A stretch of DNA of 64,000 nucleotides from assembly GCA_965247095.1 (NCBI GenBank), contig OZ251997.1, forward strand, positions 608,001-672,000. The letters are read 5' to 3'. Source of the DNA: Candidatus Multivorans sp. GTDB taxonomy: Bacteria; Acidobacteriota; Thermoanaerobaculia; Multivoradales; Multivoraceae. This document shows positions 8,560-21,217 of this stretch, in pieces (within the stretch, counting starts at the first letter, position 1; every line of letters begins with the position of its first letter). The translations under genes and the position numbers were made by a program. The notes beneath the pieces are model-generated. The model saw nothing but the letters and a program-made list of their open reading frames with translations. It was not told the origin of the DNA and did not search any database.

Positions 8560-9465
8560 CTAGCGGCCCCGGCTGAGCAGACCCTGGCGTAGGGCGCCGA
8601 GGGCCAGCTCCTCGAAGCGCATCTCGACCGGCGCCTGGATGAAGGACCAGCCACGGGCAGTGCAGCGGGCGCGGATCTCCTCCCGGTGGGCGTCGGCCTC
8701 GTTCTCCAGCCGGCGGAGGAGGGTGGGGGCGCCATGGACGCGGATGGTGTCGCCGGTCTCGCTGTCGACCAGCGTCGTGTCGCGGTCGAGCGGCGCTTCC
8801 AGGTCCTGGTGATCGGTGATCTGGAGGACCGCGACATCGTGGCGCAGCGGCAGCAGCAGGTCGAGACCGCCCTCGGTCGTGTCCGAGAGCAGGTCCGAGA
8901 TCAGGATCACCAGGCCGCGCCGGCGGCCGGCGCCGAACACCTGTCGCACGGCGTGGTCGAGCCGGGTGTCGCCGCCGGTGTCGAGATTGGCGAGGAAGTC
9001 GAGCGCGCGCCATACCTGTCGCGAGCCGTGCAGCGGCCCGAGAACCTGGTGTGCGTGGCTCGAGTAGGGCGCCAGCGTGACCCGATCGAGGGTGGCGAGG
9101 GCGATGTAGGTCAGGGCGGCGGCGATTCGGCGCGCGGCATCGAACTTGCGGCGGCCGGCGGCGCCCGGCGTCGGCGCCATGGAGCGGCTGCAGTCGAGCA
9201 GGATGTAGACCGCGAGATCGCCGTGCTCCTCGAACATCCGCAGCAGCAGGCGATCGAACCGGAGGTACGCGCGCCAGTCGAGGTGGCGCACGTCGTCGCC
9301 CTCGACGTAGGGGCGGTAGTCCGCGAACTCGATTCCGGCGCCGAGGTGGGTGGCGCGGTGCTCTCCCTTGAAGCCGCCGGCGGGTACGCGGCGCGTCAGC
9401 AGCCGCAGGCGCTCCAGCCGGGCGAGGAAGGCCGGCTCGAAGGCGAAGGCGGAATGGTCGGCCAC
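8560..9465 (-). CDS. DUF58 family protein
   Basis: GAGIEFADYRPYVEGDDVRHLDW, LLDCSRSM and VILISD motifs; follows moxR. Confidence 0.9.
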   Translation of the reverse strand: MADHSAFAFEPAFLARLERLRLLTRRVPAGGFKGEHRATHLGAGIEFADYRPYVEGDDVRHLDWRAYLRFDRLLLRMFEEHGDLAVYILLDCSRSMAPTPGAAGRRKFDAARRIAAALTYIALATLDRVTLAPYSSHAHQVLGPLHGSRQVWRALDFLANLDTGGDTRLDHAVRQVFGAGRRRGLVILISDLLSDTTEGGLDLLLPLRHDVAVLQITDHQDLEAPLDRDTTLVDSETGDTIRVHGAPTLLRRLENEADAHREEIRARCTARGWSFIQAPVEMRFEELALGALRQGLLSRGR

Positions 9466-9485
9466 GGCGGGCGGGTAGAGCCTTC

Positions 9486-10499
9486 TCAGCCCTCGGGCAC
9501 GTTGTCGACCAGATCCTGGAGCAGATCGTCCAGGTCGATGCGCTCCGCCTCGCCCTCGAAGTTCAGCAGGACCCGGTGGCGCAGAGCGGACAGGGCAACG
9601 GCGCGGATGTCCTCCCGGGCGACGTGGGCGCGGCCGCGGATCAGGGCGTGGACCTTGGCGCCGAGGACCATCGCCTGGACGCCGCGCGGGCTGGCGCCGA
9701 TCCGCACGTAGCGGCGAACCGCCTCCGCGGGACGGTCCCCTTCGGGCCGGGTCGCCATGCCGAGCCGGATCGCGTATTCCTGGACCGGACGCGCGATCGG
9801 GGCGAGGCGGACGACACGCCGCATCGCCATCACCTGTTCGGCCGTCCACAGCGCTGCCGCGGTCGGCGTGTGCCCTGATGTCGTGCGGTCGAGAATCGTG
9901 TGCAGTTCCTCGATCCCCGGATACGTCATCCGCAGCTTGAACAGGAAGCGGTCGAGCTGCGCCTCGGGCAGCGGGTACGTCCCCTCCATTTCCAGCGGGT
10001 TCTGGGTGGCGAGGACGAAGAAGGGCGGCCCCAGGAGGTTCGTTACGCCGCCGACGGTGACCGTCGTCTCCTGCATCGCCTCAAGCAGGGCCGACTGGGT
10101 CTTCGGCGTGGCGCGGTTGATCTCGTCCGCGAGCAAGAGATTCGCGAAGATCGGTCCGGGCTCGAAAACGAGCCGCCGGCCTCCCGTCTCGTCTTCGCGC
10201 AGGACGTGGGTGCCGACGATGTCGGCGGGCATCAGGTCCGGTGTGAACTGGATGCGGGAGAACTCGACATGAAGAGCGTCGGCCAGGGTGCGCACCAGCA
10301 GCGTCTTGCCGAGGCCGGGAATGCCCTCGAGCAGGACGTGGCCGTCGGCGAGCAGACCGATGATCACGCCGTCGACCACCTCCTCCTGGCCGACGATCAC
10401 ATTGCCGATCTCGCGGCGCAGTTGGCTGCATTGTTCGGCGAACTCGGTCAACTGCAGCGCCAGGTCGGCCGCGGTCCGGGATTCGGCGGTGTCGTTCAC
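9486..10499 (-). CDS. moxR: MoxR family AAA+ ATPase
   Basis: HVLLEGIPGLGKT, RIQFTPDLMPAD, DEINRA, ATQNPLEMEGTYPLPEAQLDRF. Confidence 0.95.
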   Translation of the reverse strand: MNDTAESRTAADLALQLTEFAEQCSQLRREIGNVIVGQEEVVDGVIIGLLADGHVLLEGIPGLGKTLLVRTLADALHVEFSRIQFTPDLMPADIVGTHVLREDETGGRRLVFEPGPIFANLLLADEINRATPKTQSALLEAMQETTVTVGGVTNLLGPPFFVLATQNPLEMEGTYPLPEAQLDRFLFKLRMTYPGIEELHTILDRTTSGHTPTAAALWTAEQVMAMRRVVRLAPIARPVQEYAIRLGMATRPEGDRPAEAVRRYVRIGASPRGVQAMVLGAKVHALIRGRAHVAREDIRAVALSALRHRVLLNFEGEAERIDLDDLLQDLVDNVPEG

Positions 10500-11974
10500 T
10501 CCGGGTCCTCCCTGGAATCGTCGTCTAGCGATTCGAGGTAGCGCCGCACGGAAACGCGGTGGCGCCAGGCGATCGGATGCCGAGGCGGCGGCAGATCGCC
10601 GCTTGCGGCGGTGGGGCTGGCGCCGTTGCCGGCGTTGGAGCCGCGCATTGCCACCTCCGCGGCCCGGAACTGGGTTGCGCTGGTTGTGGTCAGGGGCCGG
10701 CGGAAGGCCTCCTCGGGCGACTCGAGCAGGGCGGTCTCCAGCGCCTGTTCGAGGCTGAGGGCAGGGGCCAGGAGGTCGCCGAAGGGATCGACCATCTCGT
10801 CCTGCGGTCCGGTACCGACACCGGCCGTACCGCCGTCGGCCTCGGCGCTGCTGGCGCCGGGTTCTTCGCTGACCGCCGCCGCCGTGCCGCTCTCGTTTCC
10901 GGCGCCTTCGCCGTCTTCCGTGGGCTGGCCGCCGGCGCCCTCGCCGGCTGCCGTTTCGGCGCCGGCCTCGGCGCCTTCACCTTCGCCCGGCGTGCTGGGC
11001 GCGCTCAGCTCGTCCTCTCCGGCGCCCTCGCCGGTGTCCAGTTCGCGCATGAGATCGGCGCCGGTCTCGGAGTTCAGTTCGCCGGCGAGGTCGCCTGACG
11101 CGGCCTCGCCGCCCTCGGCGTTGCCGTCGGCGGCCTCGGCCTCCGCGTCGTCGCCGAGACTTCCCTCGGCGCCGTCGGAGGCGTCTCCAGCGGCGCCGCG
11201 CGCATCGTCAGACGAATCCGGCTCGCGGACCCGGAGGGTCAGGAAGGGCAGGTCGCTGAGTCGCACATCGAATTCCGGGACGCCGGGCCGGCGACCGGGT
11301 TCCTCCTCCAGCAACGCTGCAGCTTCGAGGCCTCGAAGGGCTGATTCCGCGCGGTCGCCGCTCATCGCGGCGGCCAGGGCCTCGCCGACGAAGGAAGTCG
11401 GCAGGGCGATCGGCGCCAGCAGGACCGCGCTCAGGATGGCCGAGGCCGCGGCGCCCCGGGGGACGAGGCGGGGCGCCGCCTGCGGCGCGCCGGTACGGTC
11501 CAGGCCCGCGACTCCGCGTTCCAAGACGAGCGCGATCCACGGTAGCGGCCAGACGGCCTCGGCGTCGTTCTTCGCGCGGCGCGGGTCGACGGCGCCGGCA
11601 TCGAGCCGCTTCTGCATCTCCAGGGCGGTGGCGACCGTGTCGTGCAGATCGCCCGCCTGGTCCACGGCGCGGGCCGCGGCGGGAAGATTTCGGCCGAGCG
11701 AGGCGGCCTCGCGGACCAGCAGTGCGAGGAGGACGATGCCGCCCGCCCACGACGGCCACAGCGCCGCGACGTTGCCGTCGCCGCCGGCTGCCAGGCGCAG
11801 CAGCCAGGTCGAGAGCAGCCAGAGGCAGGACGCGGGCGCCAACCAAACCAGCGCCGCGAGGGCCCGCCGCAAACGGAGCCGCCGGTCGACGGCGGCGAGG
11901 CGACGCAGGAAGTCGCGGCGCAGGCCGGCCGCGGCTTGACCGGCGACCGGGAAATCGGCTTCAGGCGGGGTCAA
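10496..11974 (-). CDS. Hypothetical membrane protein with an acidic Gly/Glu/Ala-rich region (MoxR-operon associated)
   Basis: Start and stop overlap neighbouring genes by 4 nt at both ends; three hydrophobic segments; AARAVD..LHDTVATALE; ends ..VRRYLESL. Confidence 0.65.
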   Translation of the reverse strand: MTPPEADFPVAGQAAAGLRRDFLRRLAAVDRRLRLRRALAALVWLAPASCLWLLSTWLLRLAAGGDGNVAALWPSWAGGIVLLALLVREAASLGRNLPAAARAVDQAGDLHDTVATALEMQKRLDAGAVDPRRAKNDAEAVWPLPWIALVLERGVAGLDRTGAPQAAPRLVPRGAAASAILSAVLLAPIALPTSFVGEALAAAMSGDRAESALRGLEAAALLEEEPGRRPGVPEFDVRLSDLPFLTLRVREPDSSDDARGAAGDASDGAEGSLGDDAEAEAADGNAEGGEAASGDLAGELNSETGADLMRELDTGEGAGEDELSAPSTPGEGEGAEAGAETAAGEGAGGQPTEDGEGAGNESGTAAAVSEEPGASSAEADGGTAGVGTGPQDEMVDPFGDLLAPALSLEQALETALLESPEEAFRRPLTTTSATQFRAAEVAMRGSNAGNGASPTAASGDLPPPRHPIAWRHRVSVRRYLESLDDDSREDPE

Positions 11975-13098
11975 TTCGATTCCCAGAGGGCGATGCCGGC
12001 GGCCTGCTTGCCGATGTCGATCTGGGCGACGCGCCGGAACGCGCCGTTGTCGTAGACCTCGACGACTCCCGGTTCGCCGCCGATGCCCTCGACCGTGACC
12101 AGGCTGAAGCGGCCGTCCGAGGTGATGGCCACGCCGTGCGGGATGCGTCGGGTGGTGTCGAGGCGAGCCACTTCGCTGCCCGTTTCCAGATCCCAGAAGC
12201 CGATCGAATCGCTCTTCTTGTAGGTCACGACCAGCAGGCGTTCGTCGGGTGTGACGGCCGCGTTGTACGGGCCGGCCACCGGAGTGTCCAGGCGTCGCGA
12301 GACACTCCACTTGGCGGTGTCGACCTCGTAGATCGCGTTGCCCGAAAGAGCGGTGATGTAGACGAGGCCGCCGGCCGTCGGCGGCGTGACCCAGGAAGGC
12401 TCGATCTTTGCGCCGGCGTGCGCGTCGTGGTCTCCGTGGGCGGCGCTCATGTCGGCCGAAGTACCCAGCTTCAGGCGCCGGCCGACCTCGAAGCGGAGCG
12501 CGTCGACCTCGACGAGCTCGTCGTCCATCATGTTCACGCTGTAGAGCTTCCGGCCGTCGCGGCTGAGCCGGGCCCCGTGCGGCATGGTGCCGCTCTCAAA
12601 CTGCGCGATCTCGGTCATGGTCGACGTCTCGACGACGGAGATCGTGCTCGGTACGTGGTCGCCGTAGAAGTCCGAGTTGACGACGAACAGCAGCCCCGTC
12701 GTCGCGGCGATGTCGAGGGTGGCGGGGAACATGCCGACTTTCGTGTCGCTCAGCCACTCGTCGGTACCGGTGGCGTACTTGTGGATGGAACCGAACGGGT
12801 TGCCGTGGGCGATCGAGACGTACCAGTAGCGGCCGCCGGCCGAGATGTTGATGCCGTGGGGACCTTCGATTTCAGCCGGGAAGCTGCCGACGGCGATCGT
12901 CTTGACGATCCCGATTCCGGAGGGTCCGAACCGGATCAGGGCCACTTCGTCCTCGGATTCGGCGCAGACGTAGGCGTAGTAGTTGCGGGACGGCGGGACC
13001 GGATCGGACTCGGCGCGGACCGGGTCCGGGGTCACCGTGGCGGCGGCCAGGACAAGGGCCGCCGGCGCTGCCCAACGAATCGGCAAGGAAGTCAACAC
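11971..13098 (-). CDS. Secreted YncE/YVTN-type beta-propeller protein
   Basis: Signal peptide; repeated PHG(I/A/V)..S.DG blade motifs. Confidence 0.8.
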   Translation of the reverse strand: MLTSLPIRWAAPAALVLAAATVTPDPVRAESDPVPPSRNYYAYVCAESEDEVALIRFGPSGIGIVKTIAVGSFPAEIEGPHGINISAGGRYWYVSIAHGNPFGSIHKYATGTDEWLSDTKVGMFPATLDIAATTGLLFVVNSDFYGDHVPSTISVVETSTMTEIAQFESGTMPHGARLSRDGRKLYSVNMMDDELVEVDALRFEVGRRLKLGTSADMSAAHGDHDAHAGAKIEPSWVTPPTAGGLVYITALSGNAIYEVDTAKWSVSRRLDTPVAGPYNAAVTPDERLLVVTYKKSDSIGFWDLETGSEVARLDTTRRIPHGVAITSDGRFSLVTVEGIGGEPGVVEVYDNGAFRRVAQIDIGKQAAGIALWESN

Positions 13099-13121
13099 GC
13101 GGTGGAGGGCCGCCAGTGCCG

Positions 13122-15266
13122 CTAACGCGGCTCCCCGATGATGCGGTTCGGATCTTCGGGATCCTTCAGCTTGACCGCCCACAACCCGGAATGCCAGTCC
13201 GAGAAGAAGATGTGGTCCTTGTAGGGCTGCGGGCCCCAGACGAAGGGCGCGTTGGGCACGACTGCGTCGGGATCGAAGGGCATGAACATGCCGATCTCGC
13301 GGCCCTGCTGGTAGAGATCGCCGCGCAACTCGCCCGAGACGTCGACGACCCGGAGGCCGCCGTTGTAGTAGGCGACGTAGAGGACGTCGTCCTCGATCCA
13401 GAGGTTGTGGGTCCCGGCCTCGGGCACCTGGTAGCGGGCGACCTCGCGGGGGTTCTCCCAGTCGTCCCACGAGATGACGTGGATCCAGCCGGCCGCGCGG
13501 GGCGGCGCGGCGCGCGGGTCGCGTCCGAGCTCGCCGTAGGGGAAGGCCTCGTCGCCGGCGAAGACGTAGAACTTGCCCGTCGATTCGCTGCGGTAGGGGT
13601 AGGCGGCATGGTTCCAGCCGCTGGGATAGGCGTAGCTGCCGAGCTGTACGGGATTGTTCGGGGCGCCGCCCATGCCGGCGCCGCCGACATCGATCGCGAC
13701 CACGCCGTCGTCCCAGTTCGAAGTGAATGCGACGCCAGAGGCGACCCAGACGTCGTGGATCGAGTGGCCCGGCGTGTCGAGCTCGAAGCGGCCGACGCGG
13801 TACGGCTGGGACGGATCCTCGATGCTGATCACGTCGAAACGCCGGCCGTTCGAGAGGGCGTAGACGTGCTCGTCGTGGATGTACACGTTGTGGACGCCGC
13901 CGCGCAACTGATCGTCGAACCGGGACAGGATGCGCACCCCGACCTGGGGCTCCGAAACGTCGAGGACGACGAAGCCGTTCTTGCGGTTCGAGGCGCCCTC
14001 GCGGCTGATCACCGCGACCCGGCCGTCCTCGGAGACCTTGACGTCGTTCACGGTACGGGCGTCCACGCGGACCGCGTCGATGAGCACGATGCTCTCCGGG
14101 TTCGTCACGTCCCAGACGTAGGCGTGGCCTTCGGCGCCCCAGGTGCCGGTGATCGCGTAGTCCCGGCCGTCGGCGCCCTCCCAAACCCAGAGGTCCGATG
14201 TGCGGCGGTCGCTGACCTTGCCCTGGCCGATGAACTCGATGTCCTTGTTCACGCGCCGCGGCGTGACGCGAACCGGCAGGCTCGCGGAGTGATTGCCCGC
14301 GAGAGCTGTCACCGTGTAGATGCCCGACCGTTCGGCCACGAAGGCGCCGTCCTGCTCGATCTGCGCCGCCGCGCCGGGCGCCAGAATCTGCGCCGACGGT
14401 GTGCCCGAGACCAGGAAGCGAACGGGCAGGTCCTCGACCGCGTCGCCGTCCCCGTCGAGGCCGACCGCCTCGAACCAGACCACATCGCCGGTGCGGGCGT
14501 CGTCGGCGGAGGCGGTCAGTTCGAGCCGCTCGGTGGGGTTCCGGACGACGGTGATCTCGACTTCGTGGGAAGCGTCCTCGGCGGTTGCCACGAGAGTCGC
14601 CCTCCCGGGCGCCACCAGACGCAGGCCTCCGAAACCGTCGGGCGCCGCGACACCGGTGTCGGAACTCGAGTAGCTGACCTCGACGTCATCGCGTTCGACC
14701 GCGGTGATGTCGACGACGCGGGCCCGAAGGGCCAAGTCGGTACCGGCGTAGAAGGCGCCGGGCAGGCCCACGATCTCGACGCTCTCCACCGGCGGGTTCG
14801 GGATCGTCACTTCGACTTCAACCTGGAGCACCGCTTCTGCCCGCCTCGGTTCGTCCTCGGCCTGCTTCGGCACCAGGGCGATGACGGTGACCTTGCCGGG
14901 ACCGTGCGCTTCGACCTCGCCGGCCGGGTTGACCCCGAGCCGCCGGCGGTTGCGGGAGAAGAAGACCACATCGACGCCTTCGATCGGCTCGCCGTCCTCG
15001 TCCACGACGGTCGCGGTCAAGGAGGCCTTGTCGCCGACTTCGAGGGTCAGTTCGGTCGGCGACACCTGGAGTTCGGCGCCGGGCGGGACCGGCGGCTTTT
15101 CCTCGTCCTCGGCGCTGCCCTCCTCGGTGCCCTCGGCCTGGTCGGCGGCTTCCGCATCCGCCTCCTGATCGGCGGGTTCCTGGGCGGTCGCCGGTAGCGC
15201 GGCGAGCAGGATCATGGCGGCGAACGTCCCCAGCCAGATCGGCGGACTGGTGCGAAAAAGGGTCAC
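13122..15266 (-). CDS. Secreted Ig-like domain + LVIVD-repeat beta-propeller protein
   Basis: Signal peptide; Ig-like strands (SYSSSDTGVA); repeated VWDVTNP, VLDVSEP, VISIEDP and VVDVS blades; HN motifs. Start 15266 or 15215. Confidence 0.78.
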   Translation of the reverse strand: MTLFRTSPPIWLGTFAAMILLAALPATAQEPADQEADAEAADQAEGTEEGSAEDEEKPPVPPGAELQVSPTELTLEVGDKASLTATVVDEDGEPIEGVDVVFFSRNRRRLGVNPAGEVEAHGPGKVTVIALVPKQAEDEPRRAEAVLQVEVEVTIPNPPVESVEIVGLPGAFYAGTDLALRARVVDITAVERDDVEVSYSSSDTGVAAPDGFGGLRLVAPGRATLVATAEDASHEVEITVVRNPTERLELTASADDARTGDVVWFEAVGLDGDGDAVEDLPVRFLVSGTPSAQILAPGAAAQIEQDGAFVAERSGIYTVTALAGNHSASLPVRVTPRRVNKDIEFIGQGKVSDRRTSDLWVWEGADGRDYAITGTWGAEGHAYVWDVTNPESIVLIDAVRVDARTVNDVKVSEDGRVAVISREGASNRKNGFVVLDVSEPQVGVRILSRFDDQLRGGVHNVYIHDEHVYALSNGRRFDVISIEDPSQPYRVGRFELDTPGHSIHDVWVASGVAFTSNWDDGVVAIDVGGAGMGGAPNNPVQLGSYAYPSGWNHAAYPYRSESTGKFYVFAGDEAFPYGELGRDPRAAPPRAAGWIHVISWDDWENPREVARYQVPEAGTHNLWIEDDVLYVAYYNGGLRVVDVSGELRGDLYQQGREIGMFMPFDPDAVVPNAPFVWGPQPYKDHIFFSDWHSGLWAVKLKDPEDPNRIIGEPR

Positions 15267-15407
15267 GGCGCTCGGCCTCCAGGAAGTGCGGGTAGGTGGC
15301 GAATGCGGGGTGGATTGCGAAGAATCGGCGCAGTCTATCAGCGCCGCATGAAGCCGCATCGTTGCCGCACGTTGCGAATCGTGGGCCCTGAAGGCGGGCC
15401 CCGCCGG

Positions 15408-16823
15408 CTACATGTGGATGGGCCGGCCGTGCACCGCCAGGGCGGCTTCCTTCACCGCTTCGGCGAGCGTCGGGTGGGCGTGGCTGGTGCGGAAGAGGTC
15501 CTCGGCGGAGGCGCCGAAGGTGATCGCCGCCACCGCCTCGGCGATGAGATCGCCGGCGTGGCTGCCCAGGATGTGGACGCCCAAGACCTCGTCCGTCTCG
15601 GCGCCGGCCAGGATCTTGACGAACCCCTCCAGGCTGCCGGTGGCGCGCGCGCGTCCGATGGCGCGGAAGGGGAACGTGCCCTTCCGGTAGGCGATGCCGG
15701 TCGCTTGGAGCTGCTCCTCCGTCTTGCCCACGGACGCGACCTCGGGTTCGGTGTAGACGATCCCGGGGATCGCGCCGTAGTCGATGTGGACGTAGCCGCC
15801 GGCGATGCCCTCGACGCAGGCCATCCCCTCCTCCTCGGCCTTGTGGGCCAGTTGGGGTGCGCCGATCACGTCGCCGATCGCGAAGACGCCGGGCGTGGAA
15901 GTGGCGAAGCGCTCGTTCACCTGGATGAAGCCGAGGTCGTCAACCGACACGCCGGCCTCCTCGAGGCCCAGGCCGTCGCTGATCGGTTCGCGGCCGACCG
16001 CGACCAGGACGCGCTCGCACTCGATGGGGCCTTTGCCGTCGACGTCGACGACGCAGTGATCGCCGTCCTTGCCGGTCTGGACCGAGGCGCCCAGGACCCG
16101 GCTGCCGAGCCGGATGTCGAGACCCTGGCGGCGGGAGATCTTCTCGGCCGCGGAGGCGACCTCCGCGTCGGCCCCGGGCAGGATGCGGTCGAGGTACTCG
16201 AGCACGATGACCTGCGAGCCGAGCCGGTTCCACACCGCGCCGAGTTCCAGCCCGATGTACCCGGCGCCGATCACGACCAGGCGCTCGGGCACGTGGTCGT
16301 ACGCCAGCGCCTCCGTGCTGGTTCCGATCCGGTCGCCGTCGAGTTCGATCCCGGGCAGGCTGGCGGGGCGGGAACCCGTGGCGACGATCACGTTCTTGGC
16401 CTGGATCGTCCGTTCGCCGTCCGCGGTCGCCACCTCGACGCTCCGCATCTCGCCGTCCGGGACGCCGAGTTTCGCCCGACCCTGGATGTGCTCGATCTTG
16501 TTCTTCTTGAGCAGCGAGGAGACGCCGCGGGTCAGGGTGGTGACGACGCGGTCCTTGCGCTTCATCATCGTCGCAAGGTCGAGCCCGATTTCGCCCGCCA
16601 CGCCGCCGTGCACCGCGAGTTCGCTGCGCGCCGCAAGCAGCCGCTGGCTCGACTCGAGCAGCGCCTTGCTCGGAATGCAACCCACCCGCAGGCAGACGCC
16701 CCCGGCCGCCGGGTGCTCGTCGACCACGGCGGTGCTGAAGCCGAGCTGCGCCGCGCGGATCGCGGCCACGTAGCCGCCCGGTCCGGCGCCGATGACGGCT
16801 ATATCGAAGACGTTCGGGGTCAT
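15408..16823 (-). CDS. lpdA: Dihydrolipoamide dehydrogenase (E3)
   Basis: GAGPGG, GGVCLRVGCIPSK, HAHPTLAE. Confidence 0.96.
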   Translation of the reverse strand: MTPNVFDIAVIGAGPGGYVAAIRAAQLGFSTAVVDEHPAAGGVCLRVGCIPSKALLESSQRLLAARSELAVHGGVAGEIGLDLATMMKRKDRVVTTLTRGVSSLLKKNKIEHIQGRAKLGVPDGEMRSVEVATADGERTIQAKNVIVATGSRPASLPGIELDGDRIGTSTEALAYDHVPERLVVIGAGYIGLELGAVWNRLGSQVIVLEYLDRILPGADAEVASAAEKISRRQGLDIRLGSRVLGASVQTGKDGDHCVVDVDGKGPIECERVLVAVGREPISDGLGLEEAGVSVDDLGFIQVNERFATSTPGVFAIGDVIGAPQLAHKAEEEGMACVEGIAGGYVHIDYGAIPGIVYTEPEVASVGKTEEQLQATGIAYRKGTFPFRAIGRARATGSLEGFVKILAGAETDEVLGVHILGSHAGDLIAEAVAAITFGASAEDLFRTSHAHPTLAEAVKEAALAVHGRPIHM

Positions 16824-16827
16824 CCCG

Positions 16828-18255
16828 CTACACCTCGATCAGCATCCTCGCCGGATCCTGGATCGCTTCCTTGATCCGGACCAGGAAGGTCACCGCCTCC
16901 CGGCCGTCGACGATGCGGTGATCGTAAGTCAGAGCGACGTACATCATGGGCCGCACGACGATCTCTTTGTCCTCGACCACGGGGCGGTCCTGGATCGCGT
17001 GCAGGCCGAGGACGCCGCTCTGCGGCGGGTTGATGATCGGCGTTGACAGCAGGGAACCGAAGATGCCGCCGTTGGTGATCGTGAAGGTGCCGCCCTGGAG
17101 TTCGTCGATCCGGATGCGCCCGGTGCGCGCTCGCCCCGCGAAGTCGGCGATCTGGGACTCGATCTCGGCGAAGGACAAGCGCTCCGCGCTGCGCAGGACC
17201 GGCACCATCAGGCCGCGGTCGGTGCTGACGGCGATGCCGATGTCGTAGTAGTTCCGGTAGATGATGTCCGTGCCCGAGATCTCGGCGTTGAGACGCGGGC
17301 AGCGGCGCAAGGCGTCGACCGCCGCCTTGACGAAGAAGGAGAGGAAGCCGAGCCGTACGTCGTGGCGCTTCTCGAAAGCGTCGCGGTACTGGCGCCGGAA
17401 GTTCATCACGGCGGCCATGTCGATCTCGTTGAAGGTCGTCAGCAGCGCGGCCTGCTGCTGGGACTCGACCAGCCGTTCGGCGATCCGGCGGCGGATCGGC
17501 GTCATCGTCACCCGTTCCTCGGCGCGGCCGCCGGCTGGGGCGGGCGGGGCAGGGGGCGCCGGTGGCGGTTGGGCGGGCGCCGCGGGAGGCGCCGGAGCGG
17601 CCTGGGGCGCCGGCGCGGGAGCGACGGGGACCGGATCGGCGGCCGGGCTCGGCTCGTCAGGCGCTGGCTCTTGCGCCTCGCGCGAGGCGAGGTAGGCGAT
17701 CACGTCGCTCTTCAGCAGCCGGCCGCCCTTGCCCGTCGCGGGAACGATGGCGGCGTCGAGGTCGTGCTCGGCGATCAGGCGCTGCGCTGCGGGCAGGATG
17801 CGGAGTGGTTCTTCGGTTGGCGGGGCGGCCGGAGGCTCGGATGCGGGCGAGACGCCCGGGTGCCATCCCGTGCGCCCGTCCTCGGGCGCACGGGATGGTT
17901 CGCGGGTGGCGCCGATCGCGCCACCCGGGTTCCCAGGGGCGGAGCCGGATGCGGCCTGGATCCCTGCGAGCAGATCCGTCTGTGCGCCTGCGCCGGCTGC
18001 CGCCACAGTGGCGGTCGCGCCTTCCTCGATGCGGGCGATCACGCCGCCCACCGGAACGGTCTCGCCTTCCGCGCACACGATCTCGGAGAGGACACCGGCC
18101 ACCGGCGAGGGCATCTCGACGGTGACCTTGTCCGTCTCGAGTTCGACGAGTGGCTCGTCGCGGCCGACGGCATCGCCGGCCTGCTTGATCCAGCGCAGGA
18201 TGAGCGCCTCGGTGATCGATTCGCCGATCTCGGGAATCGTGACTTCGTATGTCAT
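16828..18255 (-). CDS. sucB: 2-oxoglutarate dehydrogenase E2 (succinyltransferase)
   Basis: Lipoyl motif ETDKV, E3-binding TGKGGRLLKSD and catalytic YDHRIVDG; lies between sucA and lpdA. Confidence 0.95.
   Translation of the reverse strand: MTYEVTIPEIGESITEALILRWIKQAGDAVGRDEPLVELETDKVTVEMPSPVAGVLSEIVCAEGETVPVGGVIARIEEGATATVAAAGAGAQTDLLAGIQAASGSAPGNPGGAIGATREPSRAPEDGRTGWHPGVSPASEPPAAPPTEEPLRILPAAQRLIAEHDLDAAIVPATGKGGRLLKSDVIAYLASREAQEPAPDEPSPAADPVPVAPAPAPQAAPAPPAAPAQPPPAPPAPPAPAGGRAEERVTMTPIRRRIAERLVESQQQAALLTTFNEIDMAAVMNFRRQYRDAFEKRHDVRLGFLSFFVKAAVDALRRCPRLNAEISGTDIIYRNYYDIGIAVSTDRGLMVPVLRSAERLSFAEIESQIADFAGRARTGRIRIDELQGGTFTITNGGIFGSLLSTPIINPPQSGVLGLHAIQDRPVVEDKEIVVRPMMYVALTYDHRIVDGREAVTFLVRIKEAIQDPARMLIEV
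17836..17967 (-). repeat. Intragenic repeat mosaic in sucB: degenerate family A (17945-17967), family B (17860-17933) and family A (17836-17858)
   Basis: Matches to 726-772 (19/23), to 47714-47787 and 49754-49826, and to 2247-2269 (23/23). Confidence 0.85.
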
Positions 18256-18277
18256 CTGGGGTGCCTTCGAGGGATTC

Positions 18278-21184
<2,907 letters not shown>

Positions 21185-21217
21185 CGCTGCCCACCTCCGT
21201 GATCGAACGCTAGCAGG

